Of a DNA stretch of 64,000 bases, positions 1-14,970 are shown piece by piece (within the stretch, counting starts at the first letter, position 1; every line of letters starts with the position of its first letter). The notes beneath the pieces are model-generated. The model saw nothing but the letters and a program-made list of their open reading frames with translations, ran no database searches and was not told where the DNA came from. Both the position numbers and the translations under genes were made by a program. The stretch covers positions 8,122,001 through 8,186,000 of the forward strand of contig OZ024741.1 of NCBI GenBank assembly GCA_964016885.1, read 5' to 3'. The stretch comes from Eledone cirrhosa. Taxonomy: Eukaryota.

Positions 1-3000
1 AACTATAAATACATATAATAAATACAACTAACAACTGCTAGGAACCTCACAACTATAAATACATATAATAAATACAACTAACAACTGCGAAGGAAACTCA
101 CAACTATATATACATATAATAAATACAACTAGCAACTGCTAGGAGACTCACAACTATATATACATATAATAAATACAACTAACAACTGCTAGGAACCTCA
201 CAACTATATATACATATAATAAATACAACTAACAACTACTAGGATCCTCACAACTATATATACATATAATAAATACAACCAACAACAGCTAGGAACCTCA
301 CAACTATATATACATATAATAAATACAACTAACAACCGCTAGGAACCTCACAACTATAAATACAGTTAATAAATAGAACTAACAACTGCTAGGAGCCTTT
401 CAACTATAAATAAATATAATAAATACAACTAACAACTGCTAGGAATCTCACAGCCATATATACATATAATAAATACAACTAACAACTGCTAGGAGTCTCA
501 CAACTATATATACATGTAATAAATACAACTAACAACTGCTGGGAGCCTCACAACTATATATACATATAATAAATACAGCTAACAACTGCTAGGGGCCTCA
601 CAACTATATATACATATAATAAATACAACTAACAACTGCTAGGAACCTCACAACTATATATACATATAATAAATACAACTAACAACTGCTAGGAGACTCA
701 CAACTATATATACATATAATAAATACAACTAACAACTGCTAGGAACCTCACAACTATATATACATATAATAAATACAACTAACAGCTGCTGGGAGCCTCA
801 CAACTATATATACATATAATAAATACAACTAACAACTGCTAGGAACCTCACAACTATATATACATATAATAAATACAACTAACAACTGCTAGGAGACTCA
901 CAATTATATATACATATAATAAATACAACTAACAACTGCTAGGAACCTCACAACTATAAACACATATAATAACTACAACTAACAACTGCTAGGAACCTCA
1001 CAACTATATATTCATATAATAGAACTAACAACTGCTAGGAACCTCACAACAATATATACATATAATACAACTAACAACATCTAGGAACCTCGCAACTATA
1101 AATACATATATTAATACAACTAACAACTGCTAGGAACCTCACAACTATAAATACATATAACAAATACAACTAACAACTGCTAGGAACCTCACAACTATAA
1201 ATACATATAATAAATACAACTAACAACTGCCAAGGAGACTCACAACTATATATACATATAATAAATACAACTAGCAACTGCTAGGAGACTCACAACTATA
1301 TATACATATAATAAATACAACTAACAACTGCTAGGAACCTCACAACTATATTTATATATAATAAATACAAATAACAACTGATGGGAACCTCACAACTATA
1401 TATACATATAATAAATACAACTAACAACTGCTAGGATCCTCGCAACTATATATACATATAATAAATACAACTAACACTGCTAGGAGACTCACAACTATAT
1501 ATACATATAATAAATACAACTAACAACTGCTAGGAACCTCACAACTATATATACATATAATAAATACAACTAACACTGCTTGGAGACTCACAACTATATA
1601 TACATATAATAAATACAACTAACAACTGCTAGGAACCTCACAACTATATATACATATAATAAATACAACTAACACTGCTAGGAGACTCACAACTATATAT
1701 ACATATAATAAATACAACTAACAACTGCTAGGAACCTCACAACTATATATACATATAATAAATACAACTAACAACTGCTGGGAGCCTCACAACTATATAT
1801 ACATATAATAAATACAATTAACAACTGCTAGGAACCTCACAACTATATATACATATAATAAATACAACTAACAACTGCTAGAAGACTCACAATTATATAT
1901 ACATATAATAAATACAACTAACAACTGCTAGGAACCTCACAACTATAAATACATATAATAAATACAACTAACAACTGCTAGGAACCTCACAACTATATAT
2001 ACATATAATACAACTAACAACTGCTAGGAACCTCACAACTATATATACATATAATACAACTAACAACAGCTAGGAACCTCACAACTATAAATACATATAT
2101 TAATACAACTAACAACTGCTAGGAACCTCACAACTATAAATACATATAATACATACAACTACCAACTGCTAGGAGCGTCATAACTATAAATACGTATAAT
2201 ATATACAACTAACAACTGCTAGGAGCCTCACAACTAAATATACGTATAATAAATACAACTAACAACTGCTAGGAATCACACACCTATAAATACATAAAAT
2301 AAATACAACTAACAACTGCTAGGAGCCTCACAACTATACATACATATACTAAATACAACTAACAACTGCTAGGAGCCTCACAACTACATATACATATAAT
2401 AAATACAACTAACAACTGATAGGAGCCTCACAACGATATATACATATAACAAATACAACTAACAACTGCTGGGAGCCTCACAACTATATATACATATAAT
2501 AAATACAACTAACAACTGCTAGGAACCTCACAACTATATATACATATAATAAATACAACTAACAACTGCTAGGAACCTCACAACTATAAATACATATAAT
2601 AAATACAACTAACAACTGCTAGGAACCTCACAACTATAAATACATATAATAAATACAACTAACAACTGCGAAGGAAACTCACAACTATATATACATATAA
2701 TAAATACAACTAGCAACTGCTAGGAGACTCACAACTATATATACATATAATAAATACAACTAACAACTGCTAGGAACCTCACAACTATATATACATATAA
2801 TAAATACAACTAACAACTACTAGGATCCTCACAACTATATATACATATAATAAATACAACCAACAACAGCTAGGAACCTCACAACTATATATACATATAA
2901 TAAATACAACTAACAACCGCTAGGAACCTCACAACTATAAATACAGTTAATAAATAGAACTAACAACTGCTAGGAGCCTTTCAACTATAAATAAATATAA

Positions 3001-6000
3001 TAAATACAACTAACAACTGCTAGGAATCTCACAGCCATATATACATATAATAAATACAACTAACAACTGCTAGGAGTCTCACAACTATATATACATGTAA
3101 TAAATACAACTAACAACTGCTGGGAGCCTCACAACTATATATACATATAATAAATACAGCTAACAACTGCTAGGGGCCTCACAACTATATATACATATAA
3201 TAAATACAACTAACAACTGCTAGGAACCTCACAACTATATATACATATAATAAATACAACTAACAACTGCTAGGAGACTCACAACTATATATACATATAA
3301 TAAATACAACTAACAACTGCTAGGAACCTCACAACTATATATACATATAATAAATACAACTAACAGCTGCTGGGAGCCTCACAACTATATATACATATAA
3401 TAAATACAACTAACAACTGCTAGGAACCTCACAACTATATATACATATAATAAATACAACTAACAACTGCTAGGAGACTCACAATTATATATACATATAA
3501 TAAATACAACTAACAACTCCTAGGAACCTCACAACTATAAACACATATAATAACTACAACTAACAACTGCTAGGAACCTCACAACTATATATTCATATAA
3601 TACAACTAACAACTGCTAGGAACCTCACAACAATATATACATATAATACAACTAACAACATCTAGGAACCTCGCAACTATAAATACATATATTAATACAA
3701 CTAACAACTGCTAGGAACCTCACAACTATAAATACATATAACAAATACAACTAACAACTGCTAGGAACCTCACAACTATAAATACATATAATAAATACAA
3801 CTAACAACTGCCAAGGAGACTCACAACTATATATACATATAATAAATACAACTAGCAACTGCTAGGAGACTCACAACTATATATACATATAATAAATACA
3901 ACTAACAACTGCTAGGAACCTCACAACTATATTTATATATAATAAATACAAATAACAACTGATGGGAACCTCACAACTATATATACATATAATAAATACA
4001 ACTAACAACTGCTAGGATCCTCGCAACTATATATACATATAATAAATACAACTAACACTGCTAGGAGACTCACAACTATATATACATATAATAAATACAA
4101 CTAACAACTGCTAGGAACCTCACAACTATATATACATATAATAAATACAACTAACACTGCTTGGAGACTCACAACTATATATACATATAATAAATACAAC
4201 TAACAACTGCTAGGAACCTCACAACTATATATACATATAATAAATACAACTAACAACTGCTGGGAGCCTCACAACTATATATACATATAATAAATACAAC
4301 TAACAACTGCTAGAAGACTCACAATTATATATACATATAATAAATACAACTAACAACTGCTAGGAACCTCACAACTATAAATACATATAATAAATACAAC
4401 TAACAACTGCTAGGAACCTCACAACTATATATACATATAATACAACTAACAACTGCTAGGAACCTCACAACTATATATACATATAATACAACTAACAACA
4501 GCTAGGAACCTCACAACTATAAATACATATATTAATACAACTAACAACTGCTAGGAACCTCACAACTATAAATACATATAATACATACAACTACCAACTG
4601 CTAGGAGCGTCATAACTATAAATACGCATAATATATACAACTAACAACTGCTAGGAGCCTCACAACTAAATATACGTATAATAAATACAACTAACAACTG
4701 CTAGGAATCACACACCTATAAATACATATAATAAATACAACTAACAACTGCTAGGAGCCTCACAACTATACATACATATACTAAATACAACTAACAACTG
4801 ATAGGAGCCTCACAACGATATATACATATAACAAATACAACTAACAACTGCTGGGAGCCTCACAACTATATATACATATAATAAATACAACTAACAACTG
4901 CTAGGAACCTCACATCTATATATACATATAATAAATACAACTAACAACTGCTAGGAACCTCACAACTATAAATACATATAATAAATACAACTAACAACTG
5001 CCAAGGAGACTCACAACTATATATACATATAATAAGTACAACTAGCAACTGCTAGGAGACTCACAACTATATATACATATAATAAATACAACTAACAACT
5101 GCTAGGAACCTCACAACTATATTTATATATAATAAATACAACTAACAACTGATGGGAACCTCACAACTATATGTACATATAATAAATACAACTAACAACT
5201 GCTAGGATCCTCACAACTATATATACATATAATAAATACAACTAACACTCCTAGGAGACTCACAACTATATATACATATAATAAATACAACTAACAACTG
5301 CTAGGAACCTCACAACTATATATACATATAATAAATACAACTAACACTGCTAGGAGACTCACAACTATATATACATATAATAAATACAACTAACAACTGC
5401 TAGGAACCTCACAACTATATATACATATAATAAATACAACTAACAACTGCTAGAAGACTCACAATTATATATACATATAATAAATACAACTAACAACTGC
5501 TAGGAACCTCACAACTATAAATACATATAATAAATACAACTAACAACTGCTAGGAACCTCACAACTATATATACATATAATACAACTAACAACTGCTAGG
5601 AACCTCACAACTATATATACATATAATACAACTAACAACAGCTAGGAACCTCACAACTATAAATACATATATTAATACAACTAACAACTGCTAGGAACCT
5701 CACAACTATAAATACATATAATACATACAACTACCAACTGCTAGGAGCGTCATAACTATAAATACGTATAATATATACAACTAACAACTGCTAGGAGCCT
5801 CACAACTAAATATACGTATAATAAATACAACTAACAACTGCTAGGAATCACACACCTATAAATACATATAATAAATACAACTAACAACTGCTAGGAGCCT
5901 CACAACTACATATACATATAATAAATACAACTAACAACTGCTAGGAGCCTCACAACTAAATATACGTATAATAAATACAACTAACAACTGCTAGGAGCCT

Positions 6001-9000
6001 CACAACTATACATACATATACTAAATACAACTAACAACTGCTAGGAGCCTCACAACTACATATACATATAATAAATACAACTAACAACTGATAGGAGACT
6101 CACAACGATATATACATATAACAAATACAACTAACAACTGCTGGGAGCCTCACAACTATATATACATATAATAAATACAACTAACAACTGCTAGGAACCT
6201 CACAACTATATATACATATAATAAATACAACTAACAACTGCTAGGAACCTCACAACTATAAATACATATAATAAATACAACTAACAACTGCTAGGAACCT
6301 CACAACTATATATACATATAATAAATACAACTAACAACTGCTAGGAACCTCACAACTATAAATACATATAATAAATACAACTAACAACTGCCAAGGAAAC
6401 TCACAACTATATATACATATAATAAATACAACTAGCAACTGCTAGGAGACTCACAACTATATATACATATAATAAATACAACTAACAACTGCTAGGAACC
6501 TCACAACTATATATACATATAATAAATACAACTAACAACTGCCAGGATCCTTACAACTATATATACATATAATAAATACAACCAACAACAGCTAGGAACC
6601 TCACAACTATATATACATATAATAAATACAACAAACAACCGCTAGGAACCTCACAACTATAAATACAGTTAATAAATAGAACTAACAACTGCTAGGAGCC
6701 TTTCAACTATAAATACATATAATAAATACAACTAACAACTGATAGGAATCTCACAGCCATATATACATATAATAAATACAACTAACAACTGCTAGGAGTC
6801 TCACAACTATATATACATGTAATAAATACAACTAACAACTGCTGGGAGCCTCACAACTATATATACATATAATAAATACAACTAACAACTGCTAGGGGCC
6901 TCACAACTATATATACATATAATAAATACAACTAACAACTGCTAGGAACCTCACAACTATATATACATATAATAAATACAACTAACAACTGCTAGGAGAC
7001 TCACAACTATATATACATATAATAAATACAACTAACAACTGCTAGGAACCTCACAACTATATATACATATAATAAATACAACTAACAGCTGCTGGGAGCC
7101 TCACAACTATATATACATATAATAAATACAACTAACAACTGCTAGGAACCTCACAACTATATATACATATAATAAATACAACTAACAACTGCTAGGAGAC
7201 TCACAATTATATATACATATAATAAATACAACTAACAACTGCTAGGAACCTCACAACTATAAACACATATAATAACTACAACTAACAACTGCTAGGAACC
7301 TCACAACTATATATTCATATAATACAACTAACAACTGCTAGGAACCTCACAACTATATATACATATAATACAACTAACAACATCTAGGAACCTCGCAACT
7401 ATAAATACATATATTAATACAACTAACAACTGCTAGGAACCTCACAACTATAAATACATATAACAAATACAACTAACAACTGCTAGGAACCTCACAACTA
7501 TAAATACATATAATAAATACAACTAACAACTGCCAAGGAGACTCACAACTATATATACATATAATAAATACAACTAGCAACTGCCAGGAGACTCACAACT
7601 ATATATACATATAATAAATACAACTAACAACTGCTAGGAACCTCACAACTATATTTATATATAATAAATACAACTAACAACTGATGGGAACCTCACAACT
7701 ATATATACATATAATAAATACAACTAACAACTGCTAGGATCCTCACAACTATATATACATATAATAAATACAACTAACACTGCTAGGAGACTCACAACTA
7801 TATATACATATAATAAATACAACTAACAACTGCTAGGAACCTCACAACTATATATACATATAATAAATACAACTAACAACTGGTGGGAGCCTCACAACTA
7901 TATATACATATAATAAATACAATTAACAACTGCTAGGAACCTCACAACTATATATACATATAATAAATACAACTAACAACTGCTAGAAGACTCACAATTA
8001 TATATACATATAATAAATACAACTAACAACTGCTAGGAACCTCACAACTATAAATACATATAATAAATACAACTAACAACTGCTAGGAACCTCACAACTA
8101 TATATACATATAATACAACTAACAACTGCTAGGAACCTCACAACTATATATACATATAATACAACTAACAACAGCTAGTAACCTCACAACTATAAATACA
8201 TATATTAATACAACTAACAACTGCTAGGAACCTCACAACTATAAATACGTATAATATATACAACTACCAACTGCTAGGAGCGTCATAACTATAAATACGT
8301 ATAATATATACAACTAACAACTGCTAGGAGCCTCACAACTAAATACACGTATAATAAATACAACTATCAACTGCTATGAATCACACACCTATAAATACAT
8401 ATAATAAATACAACTAACAACTGCTAGGAGCCTCACAACTATACATACATATACTAAATACAACAAACAACTGCTAGGAGCCTCACAACTACATATACAT
8501 ATAATAAATACAACTAACAACTGATAGGAGCCTCACAACGATATATACATATAACAAATACAACTAACAACTGCTGGGAGCCTCACAACTATATATACAT
8601 ATAATAAATACAACTAACAACTGCTAGGAACCTCACAACTATATATACATATAATAAATACAACTAACAACTGCTAGGAACCTCACAACTATAAATACAT
8701 ATAATAAATACAACTAACAACTGCTAGGAACCTCACAACTATATATACATATAATAAATACAACTAACAACTGCTAGGAACCTCACAACTATAAATACAT
8801 ATAATAAATACAACTAACAACTGCCAAGGAAACTCACAACTATATATACATATAATAAATACAACTAGCAACTGCTAGGAGACTCACAACTATATATACA
8901 TATAATAAATACAACTAACAACTGCTAGGAACCTCACAACTATATATACATATAATAAATACAACTAACAACTGCTAGGATCCTCACAACTATATATACA

Positions 9001-12000
9001 TATAATAAATACAACTAACAACAGCTAGGAACATCACAACTATATATACATATAATAAATACAACTAACAACCGCTAGGAACCTCACAACTATAAATACA
9101 GTTAATAAATAGAACTAACAACTGCTAGGAGCCTTTCAACTATAAATACATATAATAAATACAACTAACAACTGCTAGGAATCTCACAGCCATATATACA
9201 TATAATAAATACAACTAACAACTGCTAGGAGTCTCACAACTATATATACATGTAATAAATACAACTAACAACTGCTGGGAGCCTCACAACTATATATACA
9301 TATAATAAATACAACTAACAACTGCTAGGGGCCTCACAAGTATATATACATATAATAAATACAACTAACAACTGCTAGGAACCTCACAACTATATATACA
9401 TATAATAAATACAACTAACAACTGCTAGGAGACTCACAACTATATATACATATAATAAATACAACTAACAACTGCTAGTAACCTCACAACTATATATACA
9501 TATAATAAATACAACTAACAGCTGCTGGGAGCCTCACAACTATATATACATATAATAAATACAACTAACAACTGCTAGGAACCTCACAACTATAAATACA
9601 TATAATAAATACAACTAACAACTGCTAGGAGACTCACAATTATATATACATATAATAAATACAACTAACAACTGCTAGGAACCTCACAACTATAAACACA
9701 TATAATAAATACAACTAACAACTGCTAGGAACCTCACAACTATATATTCATATAATACAACTAACAACTGCTAGGAACCTCACAACTATAAATACATATA
9801 ATAAATACAACTAACAACTGCTAGGAGCCTCATAACTATAAATACGTATAATAAATACAACTAACAACTGCTAGGAGCCTCACAACTAAATATACGTATA
9901 ATAAATACAACTAAAAACTGCTAGGAATCACACACCTATAAATACATATAATAAATACAACTAACAACTGCTAGGAGCCTCACAACTATACATACATAAA
10001 ATAAATACAACTAACAACTGCTAGGAGCCTCACAACTATATATACATATAATAAATACGATTAACAACTGATAGGAGCCTCACAACGATATATACATATA
10101 ATAAATACAACTAACAACTGCTAGGAATCTCACAACTATATATACATATAATAAATACAACTAACAACTGCTAGGAACCTCACAACTATATATACATATA
10201 ATAAATACATCTAACAACTGCTAGGAACCTCACAACTATATATACATATAATAAATACAACTAACAACTGCTAGGAGACTCACAACTATATATACATATA
10301 ATAAATACAACTAACAACTGCTAGGAACCTCACAACTATATATACATATAATAAATACAACTAACAACTGCTGGGAGCGTCACAACTATATATACATATA
10401 ATAAATACAACTAACAACTGCTAGGAACCTCACAACTATATATACATATAATAAATACAACCAACAACTGCTAGGAACCTCACAACTATATATACATATA
10501 ATAAATACAACTAACAACTGCTAGGAACCTCACAACTATATATACATATAATACAACTAACAACTGCTAGGAACCTCACAACTATATATACATATAATAA
10601 ATACAACTAACAACTGCTAGGAACCTCACAACTATATATACATATAATACAACTAACAACTGCTAGGAACCTCACAACTATATATACATATAATAAATAC
10701 AACTAACAACTGCTAGGGATCTCACAACTATAAATACATATAATAAATACAACTAACAACTGCTAGGAACCTCACAACTATATATACATATAATAAATAC
10801 AACTAACAACTGCTAGGAATCTCACAACTATATATACATATAATAAATACAACTAACAACTGCTAGGAGACTCACAACTATATATACATATAATAAATAC
10901 AACTAACAACTGCTAGGTACCTCACAGCTATATATACATATAATAAATACAACTAACAGCTGCTGGGAGCCTCACAACTATATATACATATAATAAATAC
11001 AACTAACAACTGCTAGGAACCTCACAACTATATATACATATAATAAATACAACTAACAACTGCTAGGAGACTCACAATTATATATACATATAATAAATAC
11101 AACTAACAACTGCTAGGAACCTCACAACTATAAACACATATAATAAATACAACTAACAACTGCTAGGAACCTCACAACTATATATTCATATAATACAACT
11201 AACAACTGCTAGGAACCTCACAACTATATATACATATAATACAACTAACAACATCTAGGAACCTCGCAACTATAAATACATATATTAATACAACTAACAA
11301 CTGCTAGGAACCTCACAACTATAAATACATATAATAAATACAACTAACAACTGCTAGGAGCCTCATAACTATAAATACGTATAATAAATACAACTAACAA
11401 CTGCTAGGAGCCTCACAACTAAATATACGTATAATAAATACAACTAACAACTGCTAGGAATCACACACCTATAAATACATATAATAAATACAACTAACAA
11501 CTGCTAGGAGCCTCACAACTATACATACATAAAATAAATACAACTAACAACTGCTAGGAGCCTCACAACTATATATACATATAGTAAATACAATTAACAA
11601 CTGATAGGAGCCTCACAACGATATATACATATAATAAATACAACTAACAACTGCTAGGAATCTCACAACTATATATACATATAATAAATACAACTAACAA
11701 CTGCTAGGAGACTCACAACTATATATACATATAATAAATACAACTAACAACTGCTAGGAACCTCACAACTATATATACATATAATAAATACAACTAACAA
11801 CTGCTGGGAGCCTCACAACTATATATACATATAATAAATACAACTAACAACTGCTAGGAACCTCACAACTATATATACATATAATAAATACAACCAACAA
11901 CTGCTAGGAGATTCTCAACTATATATACATATAATAAATACAACTAACAACTGCTAGGAACCTCACAACTATATATACATATAATAAATACAACTAACAA

Positions 12001-12874
12001 CTGCTGGGAGCCTCACAACTATATATACATATAATAAATACAACTAACAACTGCTATGAACCTCACAACTATATATACATATAATAAATACAACTAACAA
12101 CTGCTAGGAACCTCACAACTATATATACATATAATACAACTAACAACTGCTAGGAACCTCACAACTATATATACATATAACAAATACAACTAACAACTGC
12201 TAGGAACCTCACAACTATATATACATATAATAAATACAACTAACAACTGCTAGGAACCTGACAACTATATATACATATAATACAACTAACAACTGCTAGG
12301 AACCTCACAACTATATATACATATCATAAATACAACTAACAACTGCTAGGAACCTCACAACTATATATACATATAATAAATACAACTAACAACTGCTAGG
12401 AACCTCACAACTATATATACATATAATAAATACAACTAACAACTGCTAGGGATCTCACAACTATAAATACATATAATAAATACAACTAACAACTGCTAGG
12501 AACCTCACAACTATATATACATATAATAAATACAACTGACAACTGCTAGGAATCTCACAACTATATATACATATAATAAATACAACTAACAACTTCTAGG
12601 AACCTCACAACTATATATACATATAATACAACTAACAACTGCTAGGAACCTCACAACTAGATATACATACATATAATACAACTAACAACTGCTAGGAACC
12701 TCACAACTATATATACATATAATAAATACAACTAACAACTGCTAGGAACCTCACAACTATATATACATATAATAAATACAACTAACAACTGCTAGGAACC
12801 TCACAACTATATATACATATAATAAATACAACTAACAACTGCTAGGAACCTCACAACAGCTAGGAGCCTCACAA
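1..12874. repeat. 50-bp AT-rich tandem satellite (about 255-260 copies in the window, open at the left edge), with higher-order duplication
   Basis: Monomer caactatatatacatataataaatacaactaacaactgctaggaacctca repeats every 50 nt (e.g. 601-650). 46-, 49- and 51-bp variants occur. The diagnostic variant tacagttaataaatagaact recurs at 361, 2942, 6664 and 9097. Confidence 0.98.
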
Positions 12875-13066
12875 GGCCAACAAATTTTTGGGAAAGGAAA
12901 AGTCAATTAAATCGACCCCAATTCATTACTGGTACTTTATTTTGTCGACTCCCTAAGGATTAAAGGCAAGGCTAACCTCGGTGGGATTTGAAATCAGAAC
13001 GTAAAGGGACGTAACTGTATGCTGCTAAGCATGGTTTCCGATGCTCTACCGAATATGCTAAACCGT
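12870..13066 (-). mobile_element. tRNA-derived SINE, diverged copy on the minus strand (cephalopod-like family)
   Basis: Its reverse complement aligns with 13800-13992: shared ttctga.ttcaaat.cc.ccgaggtta.c.ttgccttt.atcctt..gg.gtcga.aaaataaagtaccagtaatg and a tggcctt.tg tail. The B-box is degenerate. The family assignment is from recollection, not a search. Confidence 0.75.
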
Positions 13067-13184
13067 TACAAATATATTATGAAAGCGATAGAAAGAAGCA
13101 TTAATTGACCAACAGGTGAAAGAATAGGTCACACATCACAGGGATCAACGGATTATTTTGAGGTAAGTCAACACTCACAGCATT

Positions 13185-13545
13185 ACTGCGGGTGATGGCG
13201 AGGCTAAGGTGCTGGAAACAACCAAGCACCCTCACAGACATCACCTGACCCCTCAGTAAAGAGAGGTGATGGCGAGGCTAAGGTGCTGGAACAACCAAGC
13301 ACCCTCACGGACATCACCTAAAATCTCAGTAAAGAGAGGTGATGGCGAGTCTAAGGTGCTGAAACACCCAAGTATTCTCACGGGCATCACCTGGCACCTC
13401 AGTAAGGTGGGGGTGACGGGAGGGGTGGAGGCTAAGGTGCTGAAACACCCAAGCATTCTCACGGGCATCACCTGGCACCTCAGTAAGGTGGGGTGACGGG
13501 AGGGGTGGAGGCTAAGGTGCTGAAACAACCAGGCACCCCCACAGT
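13185..13545. repeat. GC-rich minisatellite, about 5 copies of a 73-81-bp unit
   Basis: ag(g/t)ctaaggtgct recurs at 13201, 13275, 13348, 13429 and 13509 (spacings 74, 73, 81, 80). Each unit contains ctcac.g.catcacct...ctcagtaa. Confidence 0.9.
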
Positions 13546-13799
13546 ATAATTGAAAATATGCTGCAAAACATTATTCTTGAATTCCGGAATCATATGAACG
13601 GTCAGTATGTAATAACAGATGTCTTAGTTTTAGTTAGTCTTAGTCTTAGTCTTAGTTTTAGTCTTAGTTTTAGATCTTCTCGCACCTTAACCCGTTTGAT
13701 ACCAACCAACCCCAAACCACTTCTATGGAATAAAACCACTCATTTTAAAGGGTTTCTATCTAAATGAAAATCTTCCAGCATTATTTTATATTAAAAAAA

Positions 13800-13992
13800 G
13801 GCGGTGGATTGGCAGTATCGGTAGAGGGTCGGACGCCATGCTTTGAAGCATAGAGTTACGGCCCTTTCTATTCTGAGTTCAAATACCGCCGAGGTTAACT
13901 TTGCCTTTTATCCTTGCGGGGTCGATAAAATAAAGTACCAGTAATGCACTGGGATAATTGCTGGCCTTTTGCCCAAAGTAGAAACAATTATT
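13800..13992 (+). mobile_element. tRNA-derived SINE with Pol III A and B boxes
   Basis: A-box-like tggcagtatcgg (13810-13821) and B-box gagttcaaatacc (13875-13887), then ggggtcgataaaataaagtaccagt and an AT-rich tail. It is an inverted homolog of 12870-13066. Confidence 0.8.
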
Positions 13993-14288
13993 TTATATAA
14001 AAACCTTTTAAGTTACAAATTTATTTGAATGAAATAATTATTCCAGTAAATTCTCTTAAATTCTGCATTAATTAATTCAAATACAATTTATATTATTAGA
14101 AATACGGTAAGGCAAGGGTTGAGGCACACAAGGTACCAAGATTCCGTTAGCACAGTCGATCTACTGCGTGGTTCTCTCCACACGTCGGGTGGTGCGAATA
14201 TTCGAGTGGGGTGTGAATATTCGAGACTCGAGAGTAGACAACACAGCCCAGACTTCAAAAATAAGTCTATGACATTTTCTCTCACATT

Positions 14289-14291
<3 letters not shown>

Positions 14292-14339
<48 letters not shown>
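14292..14339. repeat. (TA)n microsatellite
   Basis: Pure TA run. Confidence 0.95.
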
Positions 14340-14343
<4 letters not shown>

Positions 14344-14489
14344 ATACTTTGGGAGGGTCATATTGCAATATTATTGCCAGAAATAATAACAGAACACACT
14401 CACTGTTTGGTTAGTTTTCGCTTCTACATCTTATATATCTCCACAGTTAATTCATTTGCCCATCAGTGTTTATCACTGACACCCAAAAA

Positions 14490-14650
14490 CAATGATCAGG
14501 TGATAAAAATAGTCGCGCATGCAATAGGGACCAGCATTAAAACTATCCCAAAGGGCCATATATTCAAACTCAATAAAAAGATCTACACCCAAAATGAGGG
14601 AGCAGCCATCGGCGTCAGCATAGCTGGTAATGTTGCCAATCTTTTTATGA
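14490..14650 (+). pseudogene. Fragment of a divergent Penelope-like reverse transcriptase (motif B' region)
   Basis: HIFKLNKKIYTQNEGAAIGVSIAGNVANLFM aligns without gaps to [31 protein letters not shown] in the intact PLE ORF at 16605-18737. The fragment ends in a fold-back inversion. Confidence 0.7.
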
Positions 14651-14682
14651 TACCATAAAAAGATTGGCAACAACATCAGCTA
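14621..14682. repeat. Fold-back inverted repeat (19-bp perfect stem, 4-nt loop) terminating the RT fragment
   Basis: tgttgccaatctttttatg (14631-14649), loop atac, then cataaaaagattggcaaca (14654-14672). Outer tagctg/cagcta also pair. Confidence 0.95.
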
Positions 14683-14745
14683 TATATATATATATATAGT
14701 ATAAAAAAACCAAAAGTCAGTGATGCATCTGGACTCAATTTATTG

Positions 14746-14836
14746 CGTGTTACAATTGTTTCGCCGGCATGTAGCTCGAGACATGGTCCTTGTATGGATC
14801 TGGCTGATTCTACGGCTGCAGGTTCCTTCAGACACG
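14746..14836 (-). ncRNA. Type I hammerhead-ribozyme-like motif (Penelope type), left arm
   Basis: Minus strand reads CGUGU-CUGAAGGA-[~60-nt helix II]-GAAA-C-AAUU-GUA/ACACG. Helix I CGUGU:ACACG is perfect, the helix III loop is palindromic (ACAAUUGU) and the cleavage triplet is GUA. The core deviates from CUGANGA. Confidence 0.6.
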
Positions 14837-14879
14837 GGTATTTCGTTTGGAGCAAATTTTTATCTCCGAACGAACTACA

Positions 14880-14970
14880 CGTGTCTGAAGGAACCTGCAG
14901 CCGTAGAATCAGCCAGATCCATACAAGGACCATGCCTCGAGCTACCTGCCGGCGGAACAATTGTAACACG
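14880..14970 (+). ncRNA. Type I hammerhead-ribozyme-like motif, right arm (GAAA mutated to GGAA)
   Basis: cgtgt-ctgaagga-acctgcagccgtag...ctacctgccggc-ggaa-c-aatt-gta-acacg. It mirrors 14746-14836 with one further core substitution. Confidence 0.5.

Noticed and set aside
13800-13895. tRNA gene
   Set aside because: A and B boxes are present but I see no cloverleaf, and the sequence continues into a SINE body shared with 12870-13066.
14190-14240. Short direct repeat gaatattcgag x2 and nearby aaatacggta, suggestive of DNA-transposon termini (also 19320-19365)
   Set aside because: No matching partner TIR or TSD could be identified, and the matches are too short to support a call.
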